Below are positions 30,039 to 43,891 of a stretch of 64,000 nucleotides of DNA, piece by piece. The notes beneath the pieces were generated by a model. That model saw only the letters and a list, made by a program, of their open reading frames with translations, was not told where the DNA came from and made no database searches. The stretch comes from the human T2T-CHM13v2.0 reference genome, Homo sapiens. The stretch lies in assembly GCF_009914755.1 (NCBI RefSeq), contig NC_060930.1; one strand, 5' to 3'. The stretch's first letter is position 1. Each line of letters opens with the position of its first letter. The position numbers and the translations under genes were made by a program.

Positions 30039-32218
30039 ACTGGGGGGCATTTAATACACTGAAATTTCATTTGAAATTTTGTGATTTAAAGGTTTATCTT
30101 CGCTAATTCAGAACAATATAAAAATATACAGACTAATAACATGGAAAGTAATTTGAAATTTAACAAATTGAGAATGTAGGACATTCATTAATAGCCATTA
30201 ATAACATCATAAGATAGCAATTCATGAATGGAAGAAAGGAAAATATTCATATTCATTCTTTATAATTTGATCTATATAAAATGCCAAAAGCACTAATAAT
30301 ACATGGATATAAAATATTCTTTTTGCCCTGTGTTAAGAGAATACTGCTATATTCAGCTGTGTTGCTTGTCTTTTCTCATGAAAATATGTATATATTTTTA
30401 AGAAAACCAAAAAGTCTTGTTGTATTTGCTTGTTATCTATTGCTGCATAAAACATTATTCCAAAACCTAGCATTTAAAACAACATTTATCATCTCATAGT
30501 TTTTGTGGGTCAAGATCCAGACATGACTAAGCTAGGTATCTCTCCCTGAAGGTCACTCGTAAAGCTACAAACAATGTGTTGGCTGGGGCTGAAAAATAAA
30601 GGAGCATTCAGAGAACAAGAACGTATTCTTAGAAATTAGAAACACAGTTGTCAAATTAAAAAAATATGCTAAGTTGAACTTCTAAATGTTAATGTTGAGA
30701 CTATTTCTTATTAATATAACAAAATTATGAAAAATTTCACCACTGAAGAAAACAAATAAAGTTAAATGACCAAAACCAAGAGATCTCTGTTTAACCAACA
30801 GAATTTTCAGAAACAAAAAAAAGAAAATGCATGAGATACAATTATTAAAGATACAATTTAAGTAAAAATATCAGAATGAGAAAATATACATTTCCACATG
30901 AAAAAGGCCGCCAAATGCCCAGAACAATGACTGAAAAAAAAAAATCATACAAAGTGTGCTGGAAGCAAGACCCTGACTCACCAAAAAAAAAAAAAAAAAA
31001 AGGAAAAAAATGACATTTTTATATACGCAAGTCCATAAACCTTTTCTTAGAAAACAACTGGAAGATGAGTTTTGCTGAAATGAGGTAGTCAACCACAAAG
31101 TAAAAGACATGAAACTCAGAAAATATAAACTTCAACATAGCAAACAGGTAAGGGATTTCTTAAATGATCGTGAGTGGATGGCCCAGAATGACAGCTCTGA
31201 GGCAGGCACTGAAATTTACCACTCTAGACTGAAGCAGGAAGATGAAGGATGCCTAGTGTGATTTCTCAAGGATCCAAAGGAAACTACTGAATTTCCTGAT
31301 TTTTAAAACATGATTAAGAGTTTATTTCAGCTTTTTAAAAAGATTTTTGTTGCAGAGTTTGTGGATAAATCAATCACAGTTATAAAAAAAACTAAACCCT
31401 CCCAAAATGAGGCAGTCATTAATTCCAAAAGGAAATATAAGAATTGTACAATTTATGTCACAGCAATGAACAATATAGAGTAAAAGTACATAGCCATAAT
31501 CATAATAATGCAAAACTAAATGTTGACTTCACCAAAACTTATGATGTAATTCTGCTGGAAGAATGGATGGAGGACAATTGGTAAAAGGTGGCTTTCACAG
31601 TAGGAAATAAGTTATAATGATCAAACTGATATAATAAGAAATAGGAATTTAAGCAGAAGTTTTCAAATAACAGGTAAATTATAAATTTAAAAAAATAAAA
31701 CAATTTAAGAGTTGAAAATGGTAGGTTCAGGAGAGAAATTATCTGGGAGTAAGCCATAGGTGAAGCAGTGTATGACCTGCTACTTTTCATTATCAACTCT
31801 GACTTTTAAACTATGTACATGTATTACTTTACTATATACAATTAAAAATGTTTAAAGCCTGAAACACTAAATGTCACACCCTAGTGTTAGACTGTGGTAA
31901 ATTCCTCAAGGTAGCGTTTAGTCTATGAGATCTCTTAATTTTAGCTAACCTTCCTTGATCTAATAATTATGGGTTTGCATATTCAAACAAAATATCACTA
32001 GTAAAAAGTCTACAATACTATTCTTGTACAAAGAAAACTATATAAATATTGAAGATTTTAATTAACAGTAAAATATGAAATGTCACCAACTTTTGCTTTC
32101 TCAACCAATTTTTTTTTCCAGTCGTTTGTGAGGAGACACAAATGGAGAAGTCCAAAAAGTTTGAGAAGTAATAGTGAGGCGGGAAGGGCATGGGAGTGGT
32201 ATGAGTAAAAGTACTCAC

Positions 32219-32424
32219 CAATTATCAAAAACCTAGCAATTTTGGATTTTACAGATTACAAAGATAGTGATGGAATTCAAAATCTTCTATCTCTAATATG
32301 TGTCATAGATGTCACACTGGCTTCCTGTGTAGTTTTCTCTGAAGAATATCTGGGCTTTACTTCGAATGTGAAGACATACAATACAACAACAATGATCATT
32401 GATACTCATTACAACTTTGATTGT
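32219..32424 (-). other. Candidate exon (206 nt)
   Basis: Acceptor TTCTTTGCTTATGTCTACTGTAG|, donor TTG|GTGAGT; TM-like VSMIIVVVLYVFTF with in-frame stops. Confidence 0.35.
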
Positions 32425-35006
32425 CTACAGTAGACATAAGCAAAGAATGATAGTATGGCAGTGTAAGCACTTGCATTAAAGTAGCTATACAACATGTAGA
32501 TAGAAAAAAGTGCTTTTAAGACACAAAAATACAAGATTACTCACTTCCTCACTAATGAAGACCCCCAGAAAAGCAATTTTTAAAAAATAGTTCATAATTT
32601 CACATGATAATTAGTATACAATGTATATGTATATCAAGTCATCATATTGTATATCTTGGGTATATACAATTTTAATTTGTCAATTAAAAATACTTTAAAA
32701 TTTCAAAAAGAAAAAGAAATAGCTGGGCTTGCTGGATTCAAAATTTTGAGACAAGAAAAAGCACAAAACACAAGGAAATTTGTTCCCTCAAATTTAATCT
32801 TACACTATTCTACCTAATGTCAAATAATTTATTCTACCAATACTTCATTTTTTTAGCTTGATAGGTTGGGGAAGGACATTAATAATTCATAATATATTTA
32901 ATAATGTCTTTATAAACTCTCTACCTTGTCCAATAGCCAGTGATATAGAAATATATTACTTTCCAACTTAGTAAACCAATGAAATAAGCATATTATATAC
33001 ATTCTTCTGTCACTTGCTAGGTAGCTTATATCTACCAGATGTCTGCTCCTACTTTTTTATATCAAGATGGAGCTTTCCTAGGGCAAACTTTCAAGACTAG
33101 TAATTTATTTTTTGACAGCACTAGATAGACCTAAAGTAAGGATCAGAATCCTATTGGAGAAAATACACTGCTATCAGCTACTTCACTATACATTTCATAA
33201 CAGAGCAGACAATTTCAGAGACCTGTGGGTAAACAGTGAATGACAAACAGGATTCTGCCCCCTATTAAGTCAGTACCTTGCTGTTTGATTTTCTGCATAC
33301 CCAAAGCACATTATTAATCTTGGCAGTTGAGAGCTTACTATTGTCCTCTCTCTACTTTGTGTTGAACTTTTTGCTTTCTTTTGCTTTAAATATCATAAGA
33401 CAATAATTTCATATGAGTAAAAAAAGAATCCAATAGAAGAGAAGCTAAACACGATTGCATTAACTTGTATTCTGTGTACTCTTGTAATGACTTTAATTTA
33501 TGACACAAGTTTACATTTTGCATATATCTTCAGTACTTACTAAATGTTACTAACAGGAATTAAGGGTGACTCTATGGAATAAGTCTTAACATTATCTGAC
33601 AACTAGTCTATGGGTAAAAGAGTAAGAGGACTTTCTCTAAATCACTGACATTATATAATGGTGCTTAAAAGAGAGCTTATCCTCCTGATGAACCAATAAA
33701 ACAACAGTACTTTGTTTCTAGACAAACTTCTCTCATAGTTAAACATAAGGCACTACCTATAGTGACTATGAAATATTGTTAATATACAGTTGTGATGAAA
33801 GCAATAAGTCACACAGGAAAGATATGAATAATTCATTTTTTCCTAAAGGTTTAATCGTTAGGTCTACTTCAAAACATTTTCTAAGGCAAAAAATCAAGAC
33901 AAATAATTCTTTTGATACCTAGCTGTTAAGGCTTTGCATACCAGAAAAATATATCTGCTTCACAAAGTCAGATAAATATCCTGAGGTACAAAAACTGTGG
34001 CTATTGATTGTGTATATTTTTATTCAAAGGATCCCTGTATTTCAGATGCTTCTCTGTGGTAAAGAATAAAAATATAGCTCATAATTTTCTTCTAAAGATC
34101 TAAATAAATGCTCATGAGCCAAAAAAAAAAGTGTCAGTTTCATCCCTAGAATGCTTTTTATTTTTTACACCAAGAATATTTTCAGCTATTGATTTATCTT
34201 CACTTTAACTCCAAACATTTATCACATCATTATACCATCTGTAACCTATTTCAGAAATTATTCCTAACCTGAAAACTCATTTGGGGGTGTAGCTAGGCAG
34301 TAGTATAAAGCAATCAACATTTTATCACTTGGTAACAGCTAAATGTCATATCCAGTTATCTACATCTGATTCTACTATGTCATTATGAAAGGATGCATTA
34401 ACAATAAACTAGGTACTATGCAGTATTGCTGATCTCACTCTCCTCTTCTATGTTCCAACAGAATGTTTTAATTTCACAGGAATTACTTACTAAATTTTGA
34501 AAATCACTTGACTGTAAATTCCCCCATTCTCTCATTTTTCAAAAAAAAACCAAAATAAGTAATAAAATGAGCAGTGATTCCAAACAAGGATCCAGATTCT
34601 AAAAGGACAGTTCAACTAAATATTCTGATAAAGCAGGATTTTAATACTACACTTTACAATGTTTAGAAACAAGGACACTATCCAAAACACATGCTTAATT
34701 GTGCTACTATTGGTATGTAAACACTTCAAGATGTAACAAATTAGTACTTTTTGACCAGAATCAGTTGACCATCAAGGTCTTTCTAAAATTAGACTTCTCA
34801 TGTCTAAAGAAAGACACCACAATTTGTCATTATAGCTGTTTTTGCATATATGTTTTGTCAGTTAACTAGTAAGCATAAGTGTGGACTGAAAAATAAATAC
34901 TAGGTATGTATACAAGTATGTGTCTTTATTAATCACATAGTCTATTTTTCTATGTTATAACTCCAATTGTTGTAGAAAAATATTACGTTTTATTTATTAA
35001 AAAAAT

Positions 35007-35292
35007 ATTTATTTATTTATTGAGTCAGGGTCTTGCTCTGTTGCCCACGCTGGAGTGCAGTGGTATAATCACAGTTCACTGCAGCCTCGATCTCCTGTGC
35101 TCAAGCATTTCTGTCACCTCAGCCTCCCAAGTAGCTGCAACTACAGGTACGTGACACCATGCCCAGCTATATTTTTTATTTTTTGTAGAGATAGGGTCTC
35201 ACTATGTTGTCAAGGCTGATGTCAAACTCCTAGACTCAAGTGATCCTCCTGCCTCAGCATCCCAAAGTGCTGGGTTTACAAGTGTAAGCCAA
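35007..35292 (-). mobile_element. Alu (AluJ)
   Basis: Diverged reverse Alu. Confidence 0.9.
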
Positions 35293-35547
35293 CATATAAA
35301 CCTTCATATCCTCTTTCTTGGCCTGACCACTATGAATAATTTTCTTAAGTCTTAAATGCCTAGGTTTTGTTGTGCATATCAGAGTACCAAATAAAGAAAT
35401 AACTGAAAGGGGTTTGAGCTAGATTGCTTTATACTGGAAATGACAAAGAGTTGCTTGCAGAAGAAAAATATGGATCCTAAAGGAAAGGAGGGCAAGAAAG
35501 GTAAGGACTAATCCAGGCTGTCTTTAGGGCATATTTTAAGAAATTCT

Positions 35548-35850
<303 letters not shown>

Positions 35851-36369
35851 TCTTAGGATGAATACACAGTGAGCCGCTCTACCATGTGGTACAGGACTTT
35901 AAGAAGATAGGTGAAAAAGGATTTAAATATATTTTGTTGTGTATTATGACCAAAAATCCTTTTTGGTGTTTTTTCAGAGATATTAGTAAATGAAATTGCT
36001 TTCTGAATTGTTATGTTTTTGTTTGTATGTTTGTTCTCTAGTTACATGTTATGCTCAGGTTGACTTCAGAGTGAGAGCAGGAGGTCCAGCTTTATACGGA
36101 TTACAATATAGATTATTGATTATTACTCCAATAGGTGGTAGATATTTAAACGGTAATTTCAAAGAAAAGTAGTCCAATTTTTCAATTTCTTCAAAGTTTT
36201 GCTGTGGGCTATAACATAATAAACCAGACTATTAGGAATTTGATATATTCTGCAACTTCTATTTGGTTACAAACACCATATACTTTATGAATAACTATTT
36301 AAAACCAAAGCATATTACCACACAAATTAAAATAGACTGTGTGATAATAGGTGCACAGTAATGAGTAAC

Positions 36370-36610
36370 TGACATTTATTAAATGTTTACTCTGTATCAA
36401 TATTTTTTCTAAATAGCTGACACATATTAATTCTTTTGCTATGCCCACCATAACTGTAATGTAGAACTAGTTTTTGCCCATTTTTTAAAAGTGGAAACTG
36501 AAGTACCAAAAAGATAAATAACATGCTTAAGGTCACATAATACCAATTGGTAAGTAGTGCAGTTGGGTTGAAAACCAGGCAGTCTGGTTCCAGAGCCTAC
36601 CTTCTTAACC
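36370..36610. mobile_element. MIR
   Basis: GGAAACTGAAG...AAGGTCACA...CCAGGCAGTCTGGTTCCAGAGCC. Confidence 0.75.
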
Positions 36611-36810
36611 TCTTATATTATCCTGTTTCTTTAAAACAGTATGTTTAAACCTTATAGAAAAAGAAATCAAATCTAAAGATATTTCATTATTAATAACAAA
36701 AGAAATCAATTTTCACAATATAAATTTTAAAACAATCCTATTCTCAATGATACAAATAATGTGCTCTGAATGGGATTTTGTTTATGTGCTACCCCAATTC
36801 ATGTGCTCAC

Positions 36811-36860
36811 CTTGCTTTCTGGCTAGAGTTGCCATTTTTATCAATGGTGTAACAACTTGT
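36811..36860 (-). other. Candidate exon (50 nt)
   Basis: Branch-like GTGAC plus TTTTGTTTTTTTTTTCTCAG| acceptor and AAG|GTGAGC donor; two open frames. Confidence 0.5.
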
Positions 36861-38004
36861 CTGAGAAAAAAAAAACAAAAGTCACTTTTTTTGCATGTTT
36901 TCCTAAATAAGAAAGAAAATAAGTAGTATGTCAGGGTGTTTCAGATTTATAAAGTAAAATTTAACCAAGAGCTTCTAGAAACACCTGGCTTGTGGCCATG
37001 TACAGTACAGATGGACATAAGCTGTCTGCAGAGAGTGGAGAAAGAGAAAGAGAGAGAGAAAAAATTATGTATTACATATTGTAATTTAATATATATTGTA
37101 TATATTTGGAAAAACTAATAGATACAAATCATACCGTTGAGCCTGGGTTGTTTCGTGAGAAAGTTGTATAGGATTTCCTTACTATTGCTCCTGGGGCATA
37201 ATAGGGTCAATGAGTATGAATTCTAGGGACACAATATCAGTTAAAATTCATGGGGAGTAATGCAGTTAACAGAAACGTGGAAATGATCCCAGTAGGGGAC
37301 TAAAAGGACCAGTCTGTAAACAAATATATACAATGCTCATCATGGCAAGAAATCCTGATCAAATAGCTATGGAGTAACCTTTCCTTTATCTCAAAAGAGA
37401 ATTACACTGCGGGTGATCTGTACTAAGGTTTTACCAGGATCATCTCTGTAGTTGTTGAAATTAAATTGCCACTTCCATAGGGAATTGCCTAGAAAATGAC
37501 TTTATCATGGAACAGTAACCTAAGAGCTTACTTCAAAATACAGTCCTTAAGGATTGTTTTAAGAATGATAAGAGCATTGGTAACATCCTAAAAGGGTGTT
37601 CTCAGAATCACCTAAATGAGGCTGATTTTTAAATCATTCTATTGTGTAGTTCAATGAGACTCCCTACATGTGAAATTTAATACCCAAGAACTTTTCAATA
37701 TGTGGATGCGTTCGTCCACAAAACCATTTATTTGACTCCAAACATATTTGTGTTTGGTTTCCGTGCAGTTTTTTCAGTGTAGAGAGATGAATGTCTTATA
37801 GTAGACCTTGAGAAAAATCTCATTTGGGGAACTTGAAATATCTGCCACCACCATGTGTAAGCCAGCAGTGTGTAAATCCTCAGCTCAAAGTGCCCGTGTT
37901 GTTTTTCTAGACATCAGCCTTGTTTTTTGTGTGTCTATGAAGGACAAGAAGAAATTTGCCCTCTGTGATCCAAATGAGATCATAGGATTATGAGTGAGTC
38001 TCAC

Positions 38005-38025
38005 CATGAGCCCACAATTTCTTGC
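38005..38025 (-). other. Candidate micro-exon (21 nt)
   Basis: TTTCTTTTTATTACTTTTTTCAG|GCAAGAAATTGTGGGCTCATG|GTGAGA. Confidence 0.35.
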
Positions 38026-38830
38026 CTGAAAAAAGTAATAAAAAGAAATGGAACATTTTTACCCCTTCTGACATTAATCCAGTCCTGCTGGTAGAGGCTG
38101 TGCTGTAGGTGTTGAGCAAACCCTTTGTCATTCACCTGAACCTCTGGAACGCCAGACCATCTGGAAAATTAAAGAATCTCACGTTCAAGCAGAGGGCAGG
38201 AAAGTGCAGGTAATATCTGGATATTGCTCGTCACTGTGTTTGAAGTAGAATAAAGAGACAATAAAACATTTTGGCTGGTTTCTACACCTTGAGGACTTAT
38301 TTTTCTCTTTGTGATGTGACAGTTTAAATGAGCAAACTAACTTAAAATGGGAAAATATCTCTAATTTTTGCAAGACCTACAACAATACAGAACCCACCCA
38401 ACATTTGACTAAAATTTTCCAAATATTTACCCCATGTAAATGCACATCTAAATTAATATAATGATTTTTCCAAAAAATTAACAAATTATAAAACAAATGT
38501 TTAGAGTAGGGGAAAAGTATGCTGACTTAATTAACTTTGGAAGTATGTGGTGTCTATAGGACTAAAAGCAAAAGAAAGTGTAAATAAGCACGGTACTCTG
38601 GTTGATAAAACATTTTCTCCGCAGTAGTATAGTTTAACAGTTCTAATATTAATATCCATGTATACTGTAATTGAAAAATTAAGTAAAAGGATGGCAGATG
38701 GTAGAAGCCAGATGTCTCACTGTTAGAGTGGGAGTTTACAAATAAGCCAGTAGGAGAGGCTAGAATGATCCATGTGGTAATGGAATAGAGTTGGAGACAT
38801 CTGTATGAACTCATGTTTAGTTTAATATGG

Positions 38831-39038
38831 ATAAAGATGATTAATTAGAAATATTTATAGATAGGCATATATACATGGGTTAGTATACACAAGTATATCC
38901 TTGTTCTACCAGTTGAAATGGCTTAGAAGCAACAATAAAGATGATTAATTAGAAATATTTATAGATAGGTATATATACATGGGTTAGTATACACAAGTAT
39001 ATCCTTGTTCTACCAGTTGAGATGGCTTAGAAGCAACA
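38831..39038. repeat. 104-bp tandem duplication within an old L1M relic
   Basis: 38831-38934 and 38935-39038 are identical except for 2 substitutions. Confidence 0.95.
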
Positions 39039-39058
39039 ACACCCTGAAAGCAAAGAAC

Positions 39059-39361
39059 AGCCGGGCACAGTGGCTCATGCATGTAATCCCAGCACTTTGG
39101 GAGACTGAGGTGGGCAGATCACGAAGTCAAGAGATCAAGACCATCCTGGCCAACATGGTGAAAACCTGTCTACTAAAAATACAAAAATTAGCCAGGCATG
39201 GTGGCGCACGCCTGTAGTCCCAGCTACTCAGGAGGCTGAGGCAAGAGAATCACTTGAACCCAGAAGGCGGAGGTTGCAGTGAGCCGAGATCATGCCACTG
39301 CACTCCAGCCTGGCGACAGAGTGAAAGACTCCATCTCAAAAAAAAAAAAGAAAAAGAAAAA
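39059..39361 (+). mobile_element. Alu (AluSc-like)
   Basis: Alu dimer; TSD AAAGCAAAGAACA. Confidence 0.95.
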
Positions 39362-40250
39362 GCAAAGAACATGCCCAGCACTCAGATCTGATTTCTAAGA
39401 TCATTCTCTAATAAAAGGAACAATGGGTCCTTGGATAAATGGCTGATTCTAGTACTAATGAAGGTGATATAGAATATGAATTGGACCATCTTGTAGTGTT
39501 AGAAAAGTAAGTGCTCAAAATAAAACAAAAACCCACAATGATGGAGATATGTCAAAGGGACAGAGAAGCCAAGTGAAAGCCCTCCCATTGGCTCAAACTT
39601 TCACAATTTTAGCAACAAAATAAAGTAGTATTAGGTTATTACCCAGTATAAAATAAATATCCAAGAGTCCATATTAAAATAAATAAATGATTGAATAAAT
39701 AAATAGGGGAGAAGATACAAATTTCTCATACAGAATAATTTCAAATAATATATGTATATACTCTGTTCCCAGGGAAGTGGAACATAACTCCTATACCTTA
39801 AATGTGGGCTTTGCGTAGTGACTTTATTCAAAAAATTACAATATGAAAAAAGAGAAAGAAAAAAGTAAACTTAAAGTAAAAAAAAAAATTGATGAACGCT
39901 ACCTAGGCAGGTGATCAAGGTCAACATGAACTGTTTGCATTATGTTGATAGTACCCTTGATACAACATGATAAAAATATCATTTTTACCTCTGTGATCTT
40001 TCTCCCCAAACCCAAAATGCCAGTCTAATCATGAGAAAAATACCAGAAAAATCATAATTGATGAAGCAATTCTACAAAATACCTACCTAATATTCTTCAA
40101 AACTGGCAGTCATCAAAAGCAAGTCTGAGAAACTGTTACAGCCAAGAAGAACATAAGGAGGTGTGACAACTAAATGTAATGTAGAGGAGGCAGAGCAACA
40201 ATAGAAGCCTCCACTGATTGTTCTTTTGTAGGAACACCAAATTTAACAGC

Positions 40251-40253
<3 letters not shown>

Positions 40254-40287
<34 letters not shown>
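40254..40287. repeat. (CA)n microsatellite
   Basis: Pure CA run. Confidence 0.95.
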
Positions 40288-40289
<2 letters not shown>

Positions 40290-41918
40290 CCCTTCATAAA
40301 AACAAAAAATCAGGTGAGTCATAGCAGTACCTGGTTTTAACTTCATATCACTGAAAGAGGCACTGAAGTGGGTAGGAAAGATAGTCTTGGATTGCTGCCA
40401 CCATCCCTCCCCCATCCGCAAGCAGTGACTGCATGCCATGGAGGGAGAATCTGCACTTACAGTGGAGAGAGCACAGCAATTGTGGGTCTCTGCACTGGAA
40501 CTCAGTGCTGCTGTGTCACAGCAGAAAGCAAAACTGGGCAGAACTCAGCCTGTGCCCATGGAGGGTGCATTTAGACCAGCTTTAGCCATACAGGAATTGC
40601 TCATTTTAGCACTCAGAATCTGAGTTCCAGTAAGTCCTGTCATTTCAGGCTAAAGGGCTCTGGGGTTCTAAATAAACTCGCAAGGCCAACTAAGCCACAA
40701 GGACTGCAATTCACAGGCAAATACTGATGTTACGTTGGGCTCAGAGCCAGTGGACTTGGGGAGCATGCAACCTAGTGAGACACCAGCCAGGGTGGCCATG
40801 GAAGTGCTTGCGCCACCCCTCTCTGAAACCCAGGCAGCACCGCTCACAGCTCCAGGAGAGACAACTTTTCTCCACCTGAGGAGAGAAGAGAGAAGAGTAA
40901 AGAGGACTTTGTCTTGCAACTTAGATAACAGCTTATCTACTGTAGGATAGGGAAACAGGCAGAGTCCTGAGGACCCCATTCCAGGTCCTTGCCCCTGAAT
41001 GATATTTCTAGACACACTCTGGTTAAAAAAAAAAGCCCTCTGTCTTAGGCAAGGAACCAGTCCTGGAAGGATTCATCATCTGCTGATGAAATACCCCTTA
41101 GGCCCCTGAGCAATCAGCAGTCTTAGCCAGGTAGTACTTTCCGTAGGCCTTGGGTGAAGACTCAGAGATGTGCTGGCTTCAGGTGTGACCCAGCACATTT
41201 CCAGCTATGCTGGCTATGGGGAGACACCCGTTCTTCTTGAGAAAAGAACAGGGAAGAGCACATGGATATATAAAGCAAATATTACTAGAACTAAAGAGGG
41301 AGATAGACCACAATAATAGCTAGAAACTTCAACACCCCACTTGAAGCATTGGACAGATCATTCAAGACAGAAAATCAACAAAGGAACCTTGGACTTAATC
41401 TGCACTAAGACCAAATCGAACTAATATTTACAGAACATTTTATCCAACAACCTCAGAATACATATTCTCCTCAGCACATGGATCATTCTCAAGGATAAAC
41501 CATATGTTAGGCCACAAAACAAGTCTTAAAGCATTTTAAAAATTGAAATAATATCAAGTATCTTCTCTGACCACAATAGAATAAAACTAGAAATCAATAA
41601 CGAGGAATTTTGGAAGCTGTACAAACACATGGAAATTAAACAATACACTCCAGAATGATGAGTGGGTCAATGAAAAAATTAAGAAGGAAACTGAAAAATT
41701 TCTTGAAACAAATGATAATGGAAACATAACATAGCAAAACCTATGCAATACAGTGAAAGCAGTATTAAAAGGGAAATTTATAGCCATAAGTGCATACATC
41801 ATTAAAGAAGAAAAACATCAAATAAACAACCTAACAATGCATCTTAAAGAGTGAGAAAAGCAAGAGCAAACCAAACCCAAAATTAGGAGAAAAAAAGAAA
41901 TAATAAAGATCAGAGAAG

Positions 41919-42212
41919 GGCCAGGCATGGTGGCTCACACTGTAATCCCAGAACTTTGGGAGGCTGAGGTGGGCAGATTGCTTGAGCTCAGGAGTTTGAG
42001 ACCAGCCTGAGCAACATGGTGAAATGTCGTCTCTGCAAAAAAATTTTTGCTGGGTATGGCGGCATATTACTGTGGTCCCAGCTACTTGGCAGGCTGAGGT
42101 GGGAGGATCACTTGACCCCAGGTGGTCAAGGCTGCAGTGAGCCATGATCACGTCACTGCACTCCAGTCTGGGTGACAGAGTGAGACCCTGTCTCTAAAGG
42201 AAAAAAAAAAAA
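41919..42212 (+). mobile_element. Alu (AluJ) nested in L1
   Basis: TSD AAAGATCAGAG. Confidence 0.93.
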
Positions 42213-42269
42213 AGATCAGAGAAGAAATAAATGAAATTGAAATGAAGAAAACAATATAAAAAATCAACG

Positions 42270-42580
42270 AGGCAGGTAAAGTGGCTCATGCCTGTAGTCC
42301 CATCACATATGGAGGCCAAGGAGGGTGAATCCCTTGAGCCCAGGAGTTTGAGAGGAGACTGGGCACCATGGTAAAAACCTGCCTCTATAAGAAATATGAA
42401 AATAAAAAAATTAGCCAGATGTGGTGACATGTGCCTGTAGTCACAGCTACTCAGGAGGCTGAGGTGAGAGGATCGCTTGAGCCCAAGAGGTCAAAGCTGC
42501 ATCGAGTCAAAATGTCACCCATGCACTCCAGCCTGGGAGACAAAAATGAGACCCTGTGTCAGAAAAAAATAAAGTACAAT
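42270..42580 (+). mobile_element. Alu (AluJ) nested in L1
   Basis: Diverged Alu dimer. Confidence 0.9.
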
Positions 42581-43044
42581 AAAAAATATGTAATAAAATA
42601 AACAAAATGAATAGTTTTTAAAAAAGTAAGCAAACTGACAAACCTTAACCAGACTAAGTAAGAAAAAAAGAGAGATGACTCAAATAAAATTAGAGATGAA
42701 AAAGGACACATTACAACTGATACTGCAGAAATTCAAAGGATCATTAGAAACCTAGAATAAATGGAAAATGGATAAATTTCCAGACACATATAACCTATCT
42801 GTAATTGAATCATGAAAAAAATCCAAAACCTAAACAGATCAATAACAAGTAATAAGATTAAAGCTGTAATAAAAAGTCTCCCGGCAAAGAAAAGCCCAGG
42901 ACCGGATGGCTTGACTGCTGAATTTCACCAAACATCGAAAGAAGTAAAACCAATCCTACTGAAAGTATTCAGAAAAATAGAAGAAGGAATATTTTCCACG
43001 CATTCTATGATGCCAGTATTACGCTAATACCAAAACCAGACAAA

Positions 43045-43045
<1 letters not shown>

Positions 43046-43097
<52 letters not shown>
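43046..43097. repeat. (CA)n microsatellite (about 25 units) inside L1 ORF2
   Basis: Pure CA run. Confidence 0.95.
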
Positions 43098-43099
<2 letters not shown>

Positions 43100-43891
43100 T
43101 ACAGGCCAACATTTCCGATGAAAATTGATGCAAAACTCCTCAACAAAATACCAGCAAACCTAATTCAACAATACATTACAAAGATCATTCATCACAACAA
43201 AGTGGGATCTATCCCTGAGATGCAAGCATGGCTCAACATACACAATAAATGTGATACATCATTGATTGTATACAACAGAATAAAGGACAAAAACCATATG
43301 ATCATTTCAATTTGATGCTGAAAAGGCATTTGATAAAATTCAACATCCTTTCATAATAAAAACTCTCCAAATAATGGGTATAAAAGGAACATATCTCAAC
43401 ACAATAAAAGTCATATATGACAGACCTACAGCTAGTATCATACCAAATGGGGAAAACTGAAAGCCTTTCCTCTATCTGGAACACAACAAAGATGTTCACT
43501 TTCCCCACTGTTATTCAGCACAGTATTGGAGGTCCTACTTAGGGCAATAAAACAAGAGAAAGAAATACAGGGCATAAATATTAAAAAGAAAGAAGTCAAA
43601 TTATCCTTGTTTGCAGATGATACGATCATATATTTGGAAAAACCTAAAGATTTCATTAAAAAACTGTTAGAACTCTTGAACAAATTTGTTAAAGTTGCAG
43701 GATACAAAGTCAATATATAAAAATTAGTAACATTTCCATATGCCAACAGAGAACAATATGAAAAAGAAATTTAAAAAGCAATCCCATTTACAATAATTAA
43801 AAATAAAATTAAATATCTAGAAATTAACCAGGGAAGTGAAAGTTCTCTACAAAGAAAACTAAAACACATTGATGTAAGAAATTGAATAAGA

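Noticed and set aside
32290-32360. Alternative frame IFFRENYTGSQCDIYD resembling a beta/gamma-crystallin motif
   Set aside because: Too short, followed by stops and out of phase with neighbouring candidates; probably chance.
37911-37993. Plus-strand exon-like segment (TTTTTCTAG|...GA|GTGAGT)
   Set aside because: Isolated, with no partner exons identified on that strand; likely a pseudo-exon.
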